Shown one piece after another: positions 45,727 to 55,556 of a stretch of 64,000 nucleotides of DNA. Location of the stretch: the IMG/VR virus record IMGVR_UViG_3300036770_007283, one strand, 5' to 3'. The translations under genes were made by a program, and so were the position numbers. The notes under the pieces were generated by a model. That model saw only the letters and a list, made by a program, of their open reading frames with translations. It was not told the origin of the DNA and ran no database searches. The stretch comes from a virus. Taxonomy: Duplodnaviria > Caudoviricetes. Each line of letters opens with the position of its first letter. The first letter of the stretch is position 1.

Positions 45727-48700
45727 TTAGCACCTTAATTTTTTAAATTTAACTAATGCATTAGTATGAGCAGGTTTTAACCTATTTACCAAGTCAATAA
45801 TTAAATCTTCTACTTCTCCGTTATTTATACCAATAACTTTATTAAAATTATCTAAAACCTCAATATCAAAATTATATATTCCTCTGACTGGATCAATTAC
45901 AGTAGCAAACTTATCTATTTTATTAAGATCTGCATCAAAATCTATAAGTAACGTTGTTGCATCATCTTTTATTACTGGCATAACTGTATTTAAGTTACTT
46001 GAGTAATTTAAGTCTACTGCATTGCCACCGGAATCTCTAATGACAGTTCTCATAACTCTACTAAATCTAATATTATCCATTCTAGCATTACAGCTTAATT
46101 GACCAAAAACATCTGAACCAATAGAAACAAGCTTGAATTCATCAAATAGATTTATATTATATTCTTTGTTTCTTATCTGACCTTCTTTTTGTGCAAACTG
46201 GCCGTAGACATATTCAGTTCCGTAGATTAGTCCAGTACCATACGTTACGAAGCCACCTTCTTTGCCATCACAGAATATTCTCATTGTATCATAAAAAGAA
46301 TTAGTCTTATACATACAAACTACACGATGCCAAGTATTCTTCTTCCAATCAATATCAATCTTAACAACGTTATCTATTCCTTCTGCGGTGATTCCAAAAA
46401 CTAGTTGATTAAATTCATTTTTAAATATAGAAAATCTATCGCCATTAGAACCAAAGGGCACATAAGTAACTACAACGTCCACATTATGTCCTGGCAAAGA
46501 CTCTGCCAAATATACCTTCTTACCATCTGGTGATAATCTACATCCAATAGAGAAATTCTTGTCCGACCCAGTTCCGCCCTCTAATCTTCCAGAAATAGGA
46601 CTCCTAGATATTTCATCGAATAAAATTGTATCTGCTTCGCTAGATATATATAAATCTTTAAACTCTTGTGTTTTCTTAAGCAACTTAATAGATAGTATCT
46701 TTCTGGCAGGGTTAGGCAATTCAATGATTGTGGATGTCATTGACTTGACACGTTCTTGCTTTCCAGAGAATATATCAACATAATATTTTATTTCTTTGTC
46801 AATTGCCGTATCTATAACTGGGCTAATCCAAAGCTCTATAGTCCCTTCATCTTTTCTAAACTTCCCATCATTGTTTAAAAGTAGAAGACCTTTACCACTT
46901 GTAAAGTTTCCTGACCTCATAAACATATCATTTACACTGTTATTGCTCTTTGGAAATTCTTCTACGTTTCTATAAAATTCCGCTTCATTAAATAATGGAC
47001 CACCTTCTGCACGATGAACCTCATAGAATGTCTTTGTGGCATCATCTAAACTAAATCCCCAGTTTATCATCTTAGAAATAAATCTGGCAGAATCATTGAC
47101 GATTTCTAATAACTGTTCTTGCTGCGTCCTGCTGAGATTGTAAGTTATATTATTGTATGTATCTAAGAATTTAGTTCTTCTAAGTCTTCTTGCCTGCAAT
47201 TCAATTGGATTATCAAATCTTAGCAGGGTTAGGGTTTGACTATCGGCACAAGATGGATTAGATTTATTATAACCATCCGTTACACTTCTAGTTCCAGAAG
47301 TGTAAGCTTCTGTTACCCTAGTGTCACTTGACATTTCAGAAATAATTTTAAAGTCATCTATAATACCACCAAACTGCTCTTTCTCATTAAAATTAGAACC
47401 AATATAAAGATCATGGCCAATTTCTGGAAGATTTAAGGTTAGGTAAGCAGGATATTCTAAATTATAAAAGCCTGGGAAAATTTCAAATGGATAAGTTCCA
47501 AATGAGCCTACTGCACTTAAAATAAGATGGCCGTTTCTATATTCAAATACTTCAGCCCTTACACCACCATTATCAGAAACGGAAATTGGATTGGTTTCCA
47601 AAATAGAGATAATTGCTGCTTCTAAATAATCAGGATCAATCACTAGCAAGCTTCCAGCAATCTTAGTTACAGTTTTAAAATACTTCTTGCCGTCTATAGT
47701 TCCATTTTTACTTACAAAGTAAGTTTCTTCATTGATACCATCGGTAGTTTTTCCATAAATAGTTACTGTATTAATTTGACCATCTAGATAGCCATCCTGA
47801 TAACCATCCTCATATCCATCAAAGTTGCAATAGTTTATATTATCAGAATCAAAATATAAAGATAACAACCTTCCTAGATTTTGTTTGAAAACCAAACCAG
47901 ACTCAGAAGTTAAACTATGAAATTTTTCTGAGTTATCTATATTAATAACGAAGTCTACACGATAACCAAGACCGGTATAGGGTGTAGGGTCAACAGTACT
48001 TACGATAGTCTTATCTAAAACTATCCTTGTAATCTTTATATCTTGAAGTGATACGGGCTCTGTGCCATGACTTCTAATGACGCTCTTACCGCTGAATAAA
48101 GTATCGTTGTCATCATTCTTGTAAGAAGAAGATGATAGTAACAACTTTTGCTTGCAGTTTTCTAAGTTAAGCCCATAAGTCTCTATATGAACATCAATAT
48201 CTGTTGGTTTTACTGTCTCAACAAAATTACAATCACTATCCTCACCAATAAATTCTATAATTTTCTTATCTAAATCTGCCCTAAATTGTGGCTTAATAAC
48301 ATTCCTTCCTCTAATAACATTTATTTCGCCCATATTTACTGTATAAAAAATTCCTGACATTTCTTTTTTAGTGCCATCATTTTCAGTTCTAAATATAGAA
48401 ATTCTTGAATTCCTAATGTCAGTTAAAATATTTGACTTAATACCGGCAGTTGCTGGGAACTTAAAGTTAATATCGCTTGCAGAAACTTGGAAAGCAACTA
48501 TATCTATATTGTCACCACTACCCAAGGTAACCTGTGTAGAATCAATTACTGACTTAATAACATATTCTTTTCCAATTAAAGTTGGGGCCATAGTTGAAGA
48601 AACAAAGATGAGGCTTCTTCCAACCATACTTGGTGTAAAGTTTGCTTGATTTGACTTAAAGATTGCACCACCAGCGGAAATTGTACCATCTGTAAATGGG

Positions 48701-51700
48701 TTAAAAAACTGAATGTCATTAACCAAAAAGTCATAAAGAATTTCTTTGCTAACATCTCTAAATTTATCATTAACCCTGACCGGTACTTTTCCGCCAAACT
48801 TATAAATATTTGGTGCCTCTTGACCATCCACAAATAAGTGCATCTCATCTCTTTCTTCGATAGTGTTAAGCCTCCAACTTGCTGCAATATGATGAACTTC
48901 GCCTGGCTTAAAATGCTTAATGCTGGTAGCCAAATTAAACATAGCAACCTGATTATCTCTTGCTAAACTATCATCAAATATTCTAAAATTAAGGAAACCC
49001 TTTCCATCTTTAAAGATAGAGAATCTGCGATCTGCCTCACCAACACCAGTATCCAATAGATAGCGTTTTTTATCGGAAATCATAAAGATTTCATCTACAC
49101 CAATAAAGTCTTTATATCCATCATATCCATCTGGCTGAGCGTATCCATCAAAGTTATCTATGTTAAATTCAAACTCAACCTTAGAATCTGTACTTATCAA
49201 AATATCATTTGATTCTAGATTAGGTTTGCCAAGTACTTCCATTCCAGAGAAGAATAGTAAGTCAATATCTAGAATGTTTGGTAGCAAAGTATCATGATAT
49301 TCTTCTACGTCCATAAAACTATGGTCAATTAAATAAACAGCAATTACTGGCTCTATGAATTGTGAATTTTCAGAATAAGTTGGGGTAGTAAAATCCCTGA
49401 TCAATACTTGGCTAACCATGTAGTTATCTATATAAAAATAGACCTTTTTATCTTCCTCGTCTTTTACTATTCTATATTGATGAAATAGCTGGTCATTCCA
49501 AACATAAGGTATTGTATCCAAGATTTGATTGATTTCTGCATCAACAATTAGGACTAGTGGCTGACTAGCAGTGCTAAATGCTAAACAAACTTTTACATTT
49601 AGACTATGATCGCTAATATGGATGGAGTTTATGCCTGTAATATTTCCTGATGTGGCACCTGAAAATTTTCCAAAATTAGTACTTACTATATTTGGATCCA
49701 CCTGTATTACTTTCAAAGAAGATATTGCTTCAAATTTACCATTAGGACAAGAGTTTCTAGTATAAACAAGATTTCCTAATCCTTTATCTACATCAAGAAC
49801 ATTTGCTGAGGAGGGACCCATTCTATAGATGCCTTTTGAATTGGAGGTATTATAACTACCAACCTTTCTCCATTGAGATCTTTGAGTTTCACGTCCTCCA
49901 ACTATTACGTTTATAAAGTCGGAGTCTGAATCTTCAATCTTTGCCCATCCTGCATCTTCCAACAATTGATTGCCACAATATCTAAATGTAGCATTACATA
50001 GAACACCAACATCACATCCTGAACTTGACTCGCTACGATAGGATCTTGTTACAGAAGAAAATTCTCCATCAGTAGTGATGTTTCCGGAAAAAGTATGTTT
50101 TGGAAATAGATATCCATAGATATTCTTATATCCATCATTATTTACAACAACATCTACTGGGTAAAGCAAGTTTCTATCAGACCTCACCCTAAAGATCCAC
50201 TGGCCTGATTCTTCATCTATTGGTGATCTGCACAATTCATCGAACCAAATAAAAATTCCTTCATCTTTGTCAGCATTGGGTGGTTCGCCTACTGGTGACT
50301 TTGGAAAATCTTTTCTATTTAGGGAGAAGATACTTCTATTAGGATTAAAGCCTTCGGTTCCAATATAAACATTATTTACATCATATCTATTATAAACAGT
50401 TCCGTATGATTTAAGAATTTCTAAGTTCGATATAGAATTATAACCAAATGTACCAATCAAATGTCCTTGTAACTCATCAGGATCTATATTAAGTCCAATA
50501 TCTAAATTACAGATAGGCAAAGTATCAGTATAGAACATTCTAAATTGATTGTTATTAATTTTAATATCAACTATGTTTTCTTTTGGATCACGCTCAATAG
50601 TAAACTCATTAAACTTAGACCAATCAAGAATGTAGCTTTTCTCAAAATTAAAGGCCTGAATAGAGTTACTATAATCAAACTTAGTTAAAATGTCAGCAGA
50701 CTTATACAACAACCTTATGGTTCCATCTGGTATTGTTGCGTTTATATCGTCTGTACTTTTTGAAGAAAGTGCGGGGTTGTTAACGCCAAACTTTTTGATG
50801 ATAAACTTTTTAGATGTATTTGGGATAGTCTTTGTATTTAACTCATCAGCTTCGTCATAGAACCCAATTATTTGATAAAATATACCATTAGTATCAACCA
50901 AGAAAAACATTCCGGGGTCATCTGTTAGAATATTAACAGATGATTTAAAGCTTAGAAAGTCAAATGCCTCTACCAATTCTACTGTAATTGTAAGATCATT
51001 AAACCCGGATAATTCTTTAATATTATTGTTTATATGGCAGGTACAGCCCCTAAGTGGAAATGGTTTGTTATAATTTTGTAAAGTATCGGTAGTTATGCTT
51101 TCAATATTTGATGGGGTAACTTGTGGGTCAATTTCAAATATAAAACCAGGTACCTGGTTAAGTTGCAATGAAATTCCAGTTACAGTATTTCCATCTGCAA
51201 TCATAAAAGAACCAAGAGCATAATTAGTTGCTGGTGCAGATATTCCGCTTGGCCAACCTCCACCTATTAATGAGCCAGCACCGTAAGTTCCTATAGTAAA
51301 TCCTGCTTCAACATTTGCATCGCAATTTTCCAAAGGCACGGGTGATTCTGTAATTATTTTTCTTAAATCATTAAAGTGAAAGCCAACCATGCTTACGGCC
51401 ATAACTATCGTTGACTTAGTTTTAACCAATCTATCAAGATTTTTTTGTTCCTTGTAAATACCATATGCGCCATAGTCTAAGCCGAATTCTTGACTGGCAT
51501 CTGATTTATAATTGTAAATGGTAATGCTGGAACCAGTAAGATCGGTACTACCAACTAGCCTTGTGGTTGGAACTAACTTCCAATTATTTTTAGAATCAAA
51601 GGGATTAGTTCTTTCTTGCAGCAAGAACTTCTCTGGCCCTAGATTGTTAATATTGAAGGTCAGGGTTGCATCGTTATTAATACCTGCCCACTCTGGCCTA

Positions 51701-54700
51701 ACCCAAGTTTCTATTGTACCTTCATCAAGCGATAATCCAGATAAGGCTGGTACTTTTACAACAACATCATCATTGAAAATTAATCCTTGATTAAACTTAC
51801 CTTCACCAAACTTTAATACACCTTTGTAATCTACCTTGCCAGGGTTTAAATAATCACGACCTAAGATCCAGTTTCCAAAGACCAACTCATTAATATTGGG
51901 ATTTATCTTGGTAAAAGATTTTACTAACTCTTTATAGGAGCTGATCGTTGGTCCCTTTGGGAAAGATTGTAAAGTAGCCTTTATGGCATCACGATATAAC
52001 TCTCTATCTGTATTTACACCAAAAGATTGGAAAAATGGTATGTTAGTTAGGCTTCCAAAATTGACCCGTAAGGCTTCTCTCAACGCGCCGTACTTGTATG
52101 TAACATAGTACTGCTCCCCTTCCTGTAGGGCATCGCTAACGCTCCAATCCAGGGTATTATCACCATACTCATACCAAACCACTATTTCATCTGCCAGGTA
52201 AGAATAATCAACGAAGATAAACCCAAACCTATAATCAATAGCCAACGGAGTACCAATTGCTGGTATCAAATTTGTTAAGTAAGTTACATCAACTAGGTCA
52301 CCAGCAGTAATACCTACATCTGTTGGGAATCTTAAAATCATCTGATTGTTAGAAAAAGTAACGGTGGCTTTGACTACAATCTTTGTTGAACCAGAAGGAT
52401 CTACAGCCGGCAAAATAATTGTAGGATTGTTATCGGCTGGGGTTTGAACTGTGATAATAGAAAGAAGTGTATCTACTGCTAGAATTTCAAATCTATTCCC
52501 ATTTACATCCAATAAATAATCGCCGTCCGTATCCACAAAGGTTAAATCTATACCAGAACCAATATGAACTTCTGCAGTTCCGGTCTGCTGGTAAACTGCA
52601 GCTACTTCTAATCCGGATAGCTTGGTTATATTTAAATTCTGATCAAAAATGATTCGGTCTTGAACTAGCTGCTTTGCACTAACAAATGTGGTGGCATATT
52701 CATCATAAACAGTAATTGATAAAAGTGAACTATCATCTTTATCAACAGACACCCTTCTTCTTTGCTTCTTTTTGAAATCAATAACATTATCTTCGTAAGT
52801 TACCGAAGTTACATCGTATAAATTTCTTCCACCTTGTTTCACGGGCGTTAAAAGATCATCTTTAGAATATTCTTCTTTTCTATCCAGAGGGCTTGAAGAC
52901 TTGAGATTCTTTCCTTTTAAATCAGAAAGGTTGTAGATACTGTTTATAGAATTTATGTTATATGGAACTACGGCAGTATAGTCATCCAAAACCACACAGG
53001 TAGTTACCATTTCACCATCTTTGTTGTTAGCCTTGGTAACTCCGTCATATATAGATAAGGAATTTTCTAAATCTATAATCTCAATTTTTTCAGAAGCATT
53101 ATTTACTTTATCATAGATGATATTAGACTGGATTGCGCTTTCTGGACTATTATTCTTTTTGTAAGCACCAGATGCAGTTAATATGTTTTTATTCCTAGTC
53201 TCTACATCACCATAGTAATACTTAGCATTTCCTACTCTAATATCTTGACCTACTTTAATGGCAACATAGATGATTCCATTATAATAGTCAACTGCAAAAT
53301 CACCAACCTTTCTTAATCTTGATAGATTTTCTTCGAACTTAGTACCCTTGGTTTCTAAGAATGCACGTGAAATACCACCCAGACTGGTTTGTGATGGTGT
53401 AGTACCCGTGCTTATTGTTTCAAACCATTTTTCATTAGTAAAAATAGAGTCTTCACTCAACTCTAGTGATGAGTTAACTACTGTACCAATGCTATCTAAA
53501 TTCTGATTTAAAATTCTTTCATTCTGTAAATTTATTATAAAACCCTTGGTGCCTATTAGAACTTGACTTCCGACAGATGGTTTATTAGCCGTTGCGCTAA
53601 TTCCAGCAGTAGTGATCAGATTATTGGCATCAGGACTTCCAAAAAATTTAATATTAATATCTTGAACATTATCTTCTGACATCTCTCTAAAGAAGTAATC
53701 AGTAGAGTTTTGAGATATTAATTCTGCTGGAATTCCTGGATAAAATATAATACTATTATTAGAGGCATTTGAAACAATTCTAGTTCTAAAAGCTGGAATA
53801 ACAAACTCACCAACTACAACAAGTTCTTCATCCTGAATTCTTGAAAAGCTTGCTTCTTCAGAAAGGACTGTTTTAACTTCTGGTGATCTATTTCCAGAAA
53901 AGGCCACCTCGGTTTTTGTATGATATAATAAATTGTAAACTTCACCAGTGGTTTGGTTAAAGATCCTAAATACATCTGTTATTGGTGAATTTTTCGTGGT
54001 CAACCTAAATGACTGACTTAACCTATTCTCAACAAACTCGGGCATAACTTCAATATGACTTTTGGCAATATAGTCAACACCTTCTGTAAAGACCTGATCG
54101 TATCTAATGAAAATTTGCGCTTCATCGTTGGCTAGTTCACGATTAGGAATTGCTACGATATTTTGCTCATGTATAGAATAATCTATGTCTTTTGTAAATT
54201 CTTTTCTATAAAAATATGTAGCGATAAAGTTATTACGCCCAGTTCCCTCACCAATCTTTGATTCTCCAACAACAAAGACTTCGCCTGTGTTATAATTAAC
54301 GGAATATTCTCCAAGCTTAGATGGAAGCTTGCTAGAATCAAAAATTAATTCCTTAGAGAATGTTTTTGGAACCAACTCTGAATTTTCAGATAACTTAAAC
54401 TGTACTCCACGTAGTGTAACGATCTCATTTTCTTCATTTACTATGGGAGCATTGCTTAAAAAGAATTTGGTGATGTTGGAAGGAATAGGCTCATTATTTT
54501 TCTTTTCAACCCTAGAAACCTCTACCTGATCTTCTAAAATATATTTTCCAACATTCTTATAAAGATAGGATACAACCAAGGTATCTAGAGTAGATGGTTT
54601 GGGCAAATTTCCAAACTCTGATATTAAAACTTGATTACTTTCTAATTGATAAAATTTAAAAGCATAATCTGGATCATATTGATTGTCTTGAATAGAATAC

Positions 54701-55548
54701 TTAAATGTTTCTACATCATATTCAACACCCAAATCACCATTACAATCTACTTGTTCATTGTTTTTTATATATTTAACTGATAGTAATTTTATTACATTTT
54801 TATTTTTTAAGTTAATCAAAAAACCATCAAAACTATTTCCAGTTGTCTCGGAGCTAATTACTTCATTTAAGACTGCTACTTCTTGTAGCGAAACTGGGTG
54901 ATATGGAAATAAGCTACTTCTAGGTGCTTCATTAGATGCGGTGTAATTTAAAATTTCAAAAGTTGGTGTATCACCAGACTGATTTCTAGAAACTCTAATG
55001 ATATCATAAGCATTTTCGTTAGCCAATCTGTCTGTTGCACCAGCAGTTCTGGTTCTTAATTCATCCACTACATCTACTGACAGGTAGTTATTGCTTAAAA
55101 CTTCCCCGATTGTCTTTTGTGCCGTATAAAATTCTTCTGCATGTGCGGAAAGTATATTCTTTAAGTTTGTATTTTCTATTTGAAAAAGGTCTGGAACTGA
55201 TGCGAACATCCTATCTCTAAATGGATTTACATCATCAATGCCAACGAAAAATAACTCTCTGGAAGAGGTATCATAGGGAATTAACTCACCCTTAACTGAT
55301 TTAAAGACTGTGCTTTGAGTATCTATAAATTTTAAAAGATAATAGTTGCCAGAAACCTGTGGCCTGGTTTTAATAATAGCTGTAATACCTTCAATCGTAA
55401 CACCAACCACTTCCAAATCATCAACCGAACCATTCAAAGAAGTGACAGTAAAATTATCCTTGGATAATCCTAAATATAGTTCAGAGCTAAAGGTTACCTT
55501 TAACTCTGTTGTTGATGGAATTGAAAAAGCAATAGGTCTAAGTGACAT
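45727..55548 (-). CDS. Giant baseplate wedge protein (P2 gpI / T4 gp7-like position) with Ig-like and LamG/ConA domains (3273 aa)
   Basis: Follows the J-like gene. N-terminal TELKVTFS Ig-like start, KGPT motif, C-terminal LKPAHT, two LamG sets (GTIETWV...HHIAASW...LFVDG and GTIELWI...WHRVV...IFCDG...MDNIRFS). Confidence 0.72.
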   Translation of the reverse strand: MSLRPIAFSIPSTTELKVTFSSELYLGLSKDNFTVTSLNGSVDDLEVVGVTIEGITAIIKTRPQVSGNYYLLKFIDTQSTVFKSVKGELIPYDTSSRELFFVGIDDVNPFRDRMFASVPDLFQIENTNLKNILSAHAEEFYTAQKTIGEVLSNNYLSVDVVDELRTRTAGATDRLANENAYDIIRVSRNQSGDTPTFEILNYTASNEAPRSSLFPYHPVSLQEVAVLNEVISSETTGNSFDGFLINLKNKNVIKLLSVKYIKNNEQVDCNGDLGVEYDVETFKYSIQDNQYDPDYAFKFYQLESNQVLISEFGNLPKPSTLDTLVVSYLYKNVGKYILEDQVEVSRVEKKNNEPIPSNITKFFLSNAPIVNEENEIVTLRGVQFKLSENSELVPKTFSKELIFDSSKLPSKLGEYSVNYNTGEVFVVGESKIGEGTGRNNFIATYFYRKEFTKDIDYSIHEQNIVAIPNRELANDEAQIFIRYDQVFTEGVDYIAKSHIEVMPEFVENRLSQSFRLTTKNSPITDVFRIFNQTTGEVYNLLYHTKTEVAFSGNRSPEVKTVLSEEASFSRIQDEELVVVGEFVIPAFRTRIVSNASNNSIIFYPGIPAELISQNSTDYFFREMSEDNVQDINIKFFGSPDANNLITTAGISATANKPSVGSQVLIGTKGFIINLQNERILNQNLDSIGTVVNSSLELSEDSIFTNEKWFETISTGTTPSQTSLGGISRAFLETKGTKFEENLSRLRKVGDFAVDYYNGIIYVAIKVGQDIRVGNAKYYYGDVETRNKNILTASGAYKKNNSPESAIQSNIIYDKVNNASEKIEIIDLENSLSIYDGVTKANNKDGEMVTTCVVLDDYTAVVPYNINSINSIYNLSDLKGKNLKSSSPLDRKEEYSKDDLLTPVKQGGRNLYDVTSVTYEDNVIDFKKKQRRRVSVDKDDSSLLSITVYDEYATTFVSAKQLVQDRIIFDQNLNITKLSGLEVAAVYQQTGTAEVHIGSGIDLTFVDTDGDYLLDVNGNRFEILAVDTLLSIITVQTPADNNPTIILPAVDPSGSTKIVVKATVTFSNNQMILRFPTDVGITAGDLVDVTYLTNLIPAIGTPLAIDYRFGFIFVDYSYLADEIVVWYEYGDNTLDWSVSDALQEGEQYYVTYKYGALREALRVNFGSLTNIPFFQSFGVNTDRELYRDAIKATLQSFPKGPTISSYKELVKSFTKINPNINELVFGNWILGRDYLNPGKVDYKGVLKFGEGKFNQGLIFNDDVVVKVPALSGLSLDEGTIETWVRPEWAGINNDATLTFNINNLGPEKFLLQERTNPFDSKNNWKLVPTTRLVGSTDLTGSSITIYNYKSDASQEFGLDYGAYGIYKEQKNLDRLVKTKSTIVMAVSMVGFHFNDLRKIITESPVPLENCDANVEAGFTIGTYGAGSLIGGGWPSGISAPATNYALGSFMIADGNTVTGISLQLNQVPGFIFEIDPQVTPSNIESITTDTLQNYNKPFPLRGCTCHINNNIKELSGFNDLTITVELVEAFDFLSFKSSVNILTDDPGMFFLVDTNGIFYQIIGFYDEADELNTKTIPNTSKKFIIKKFGVNNPALSSKSTDDINATIPDGTIRLLYKSADILTKFDYSNSIQAFNFEKSYILDWSKFNEFTIERDPKENIVDIKINNNQFRMFYTDTLPICNLDIGLNIDPDELQGHLIGTFGYNSISNLEILKSYGTVYNRYDVNNVYIGTEGFNPNRSIFSLNRKDFPKSPVGEPPNADKDEGIFIWFDELCRSPIDEESGQWIFRVRSDRNLLYPVDVVVNNDGYKNIYGYLFPKHTFSGNITTDGEFSSVTRSYRSESSSGCDVGVLCNATFRYCGNQLLEDAGWAKIEDSDSDFINVIVGGRETQRSQWRKVGSYNTSNSKGIYRMGPSSANVLDVDKGLGNLVYTRNSCPNGKFEAISSLKVIQVDPNIVSTNFGKFSGATSGNITGINSIHISDHSLNVKVCLAFSTASQPLVLIVDAEINQILDTIPYVWNDQLFHQYRIVKDEEDKKVYFYIDNYMVSQVLIRDFTTPTYSENSQFIEPVIAVYLIDHSFMDVEEYHDTLLPNILDIDLLFFSGMEVLGKPNLESNDILISTDSKVEFEFNIDNFDGYAQPDGYDGYKDFIGVDEIFMISDKKRYLLDTGVGEADRRFSIFKDGKGFLNFRIFDDSLARDNQVAMFNLATSIKHFKPGEVHHIAASWRLNTIEERDEMHLFVDGQEAPNIYKFGGKVPVRVNDKFRDVSKEILYDFLVNDIQFFNPFTDGTISAGGAIFKSNQANFTPSMVGRSLIFVSSTMAPTLIGKEYVIKSVIDSTQVTLGSGDNIDIVAFQVSASDINFKFPATAGIKSNILTDIRNSRISIFRTENDGTKKEMSGIFYTVNMGEINVIRGRNVIKPQFRADLDKKIIEFIGEDSDCNFVETVKPTDIDVHIETYGLNLENCKQKLLLSSSSYKNDDNDTLFSGKSVIRSHGTEPVSLQDIKITRIVLDKTIVSTVDPTPYTGLGYRVDFVINIDNSEKFHSLTSESGLVFKQNLGRLLSLYFDSDNINYCNFDGYEDGYQDGYLDGQINTVTIYGKTTDGINEETYFVSKNGTIDGKKYFKTVTKIAGSLLVIDPDYLEAAIISILETNPISVSDNGGVRAEVFEYRNGHLILSAVGSFGTYPFEIFPGFYNLEYPAYLTLNLPEIGHDLYIGSNFNEKEQFGGIIDDFKIISEMSSDTRVTEAYTSGTRSVTDGYNKSNPSCADSQTLTLLRFDNPIELQARRLRRTKFLDTYNNITYNLSRTQQEQLLEIVNDSARFISKMINWGFSLDDATKTFYEVHRAEGGPLFNEAEFYRNVEEFPKSNNSVNDMFMRSGNFTSGKGLLLLNNDGKFRKDEGTIELWISPVIDTAIDKEIKYYVDIFSGKQERVKSMTSTIIELPNPARKILSIKLLKKTQEFKDLYISSEADTILFDEISRSPISGRLEGGTGSDKNFSIGCRLSPDGKKVYLAESLPGHNVDVVVTYVPFGSNGDRFSIFKNEFNQLVFGITAEGIDNVVKIDIDWKKNTWHRVVCMYKTNSFYDTMRIFCDGKEGGFVTYGTGLIYGTEYVYGQFAQKEGQIRNKEYNINLFDEFKLVSIGSDVFGQLSCNARMDNIRFSRVMRTVIRDSGGNAVDLNYSSNLNTVMPVIKDDATTLLIDFDADLNKIDKFATVIDPVRGIYNFDIEVLDNFNKVIGINNGEVEDLIIDLVNRLKPAHTNALVKFKKLRC

Positions 55549-55556
55549 GATTTACC

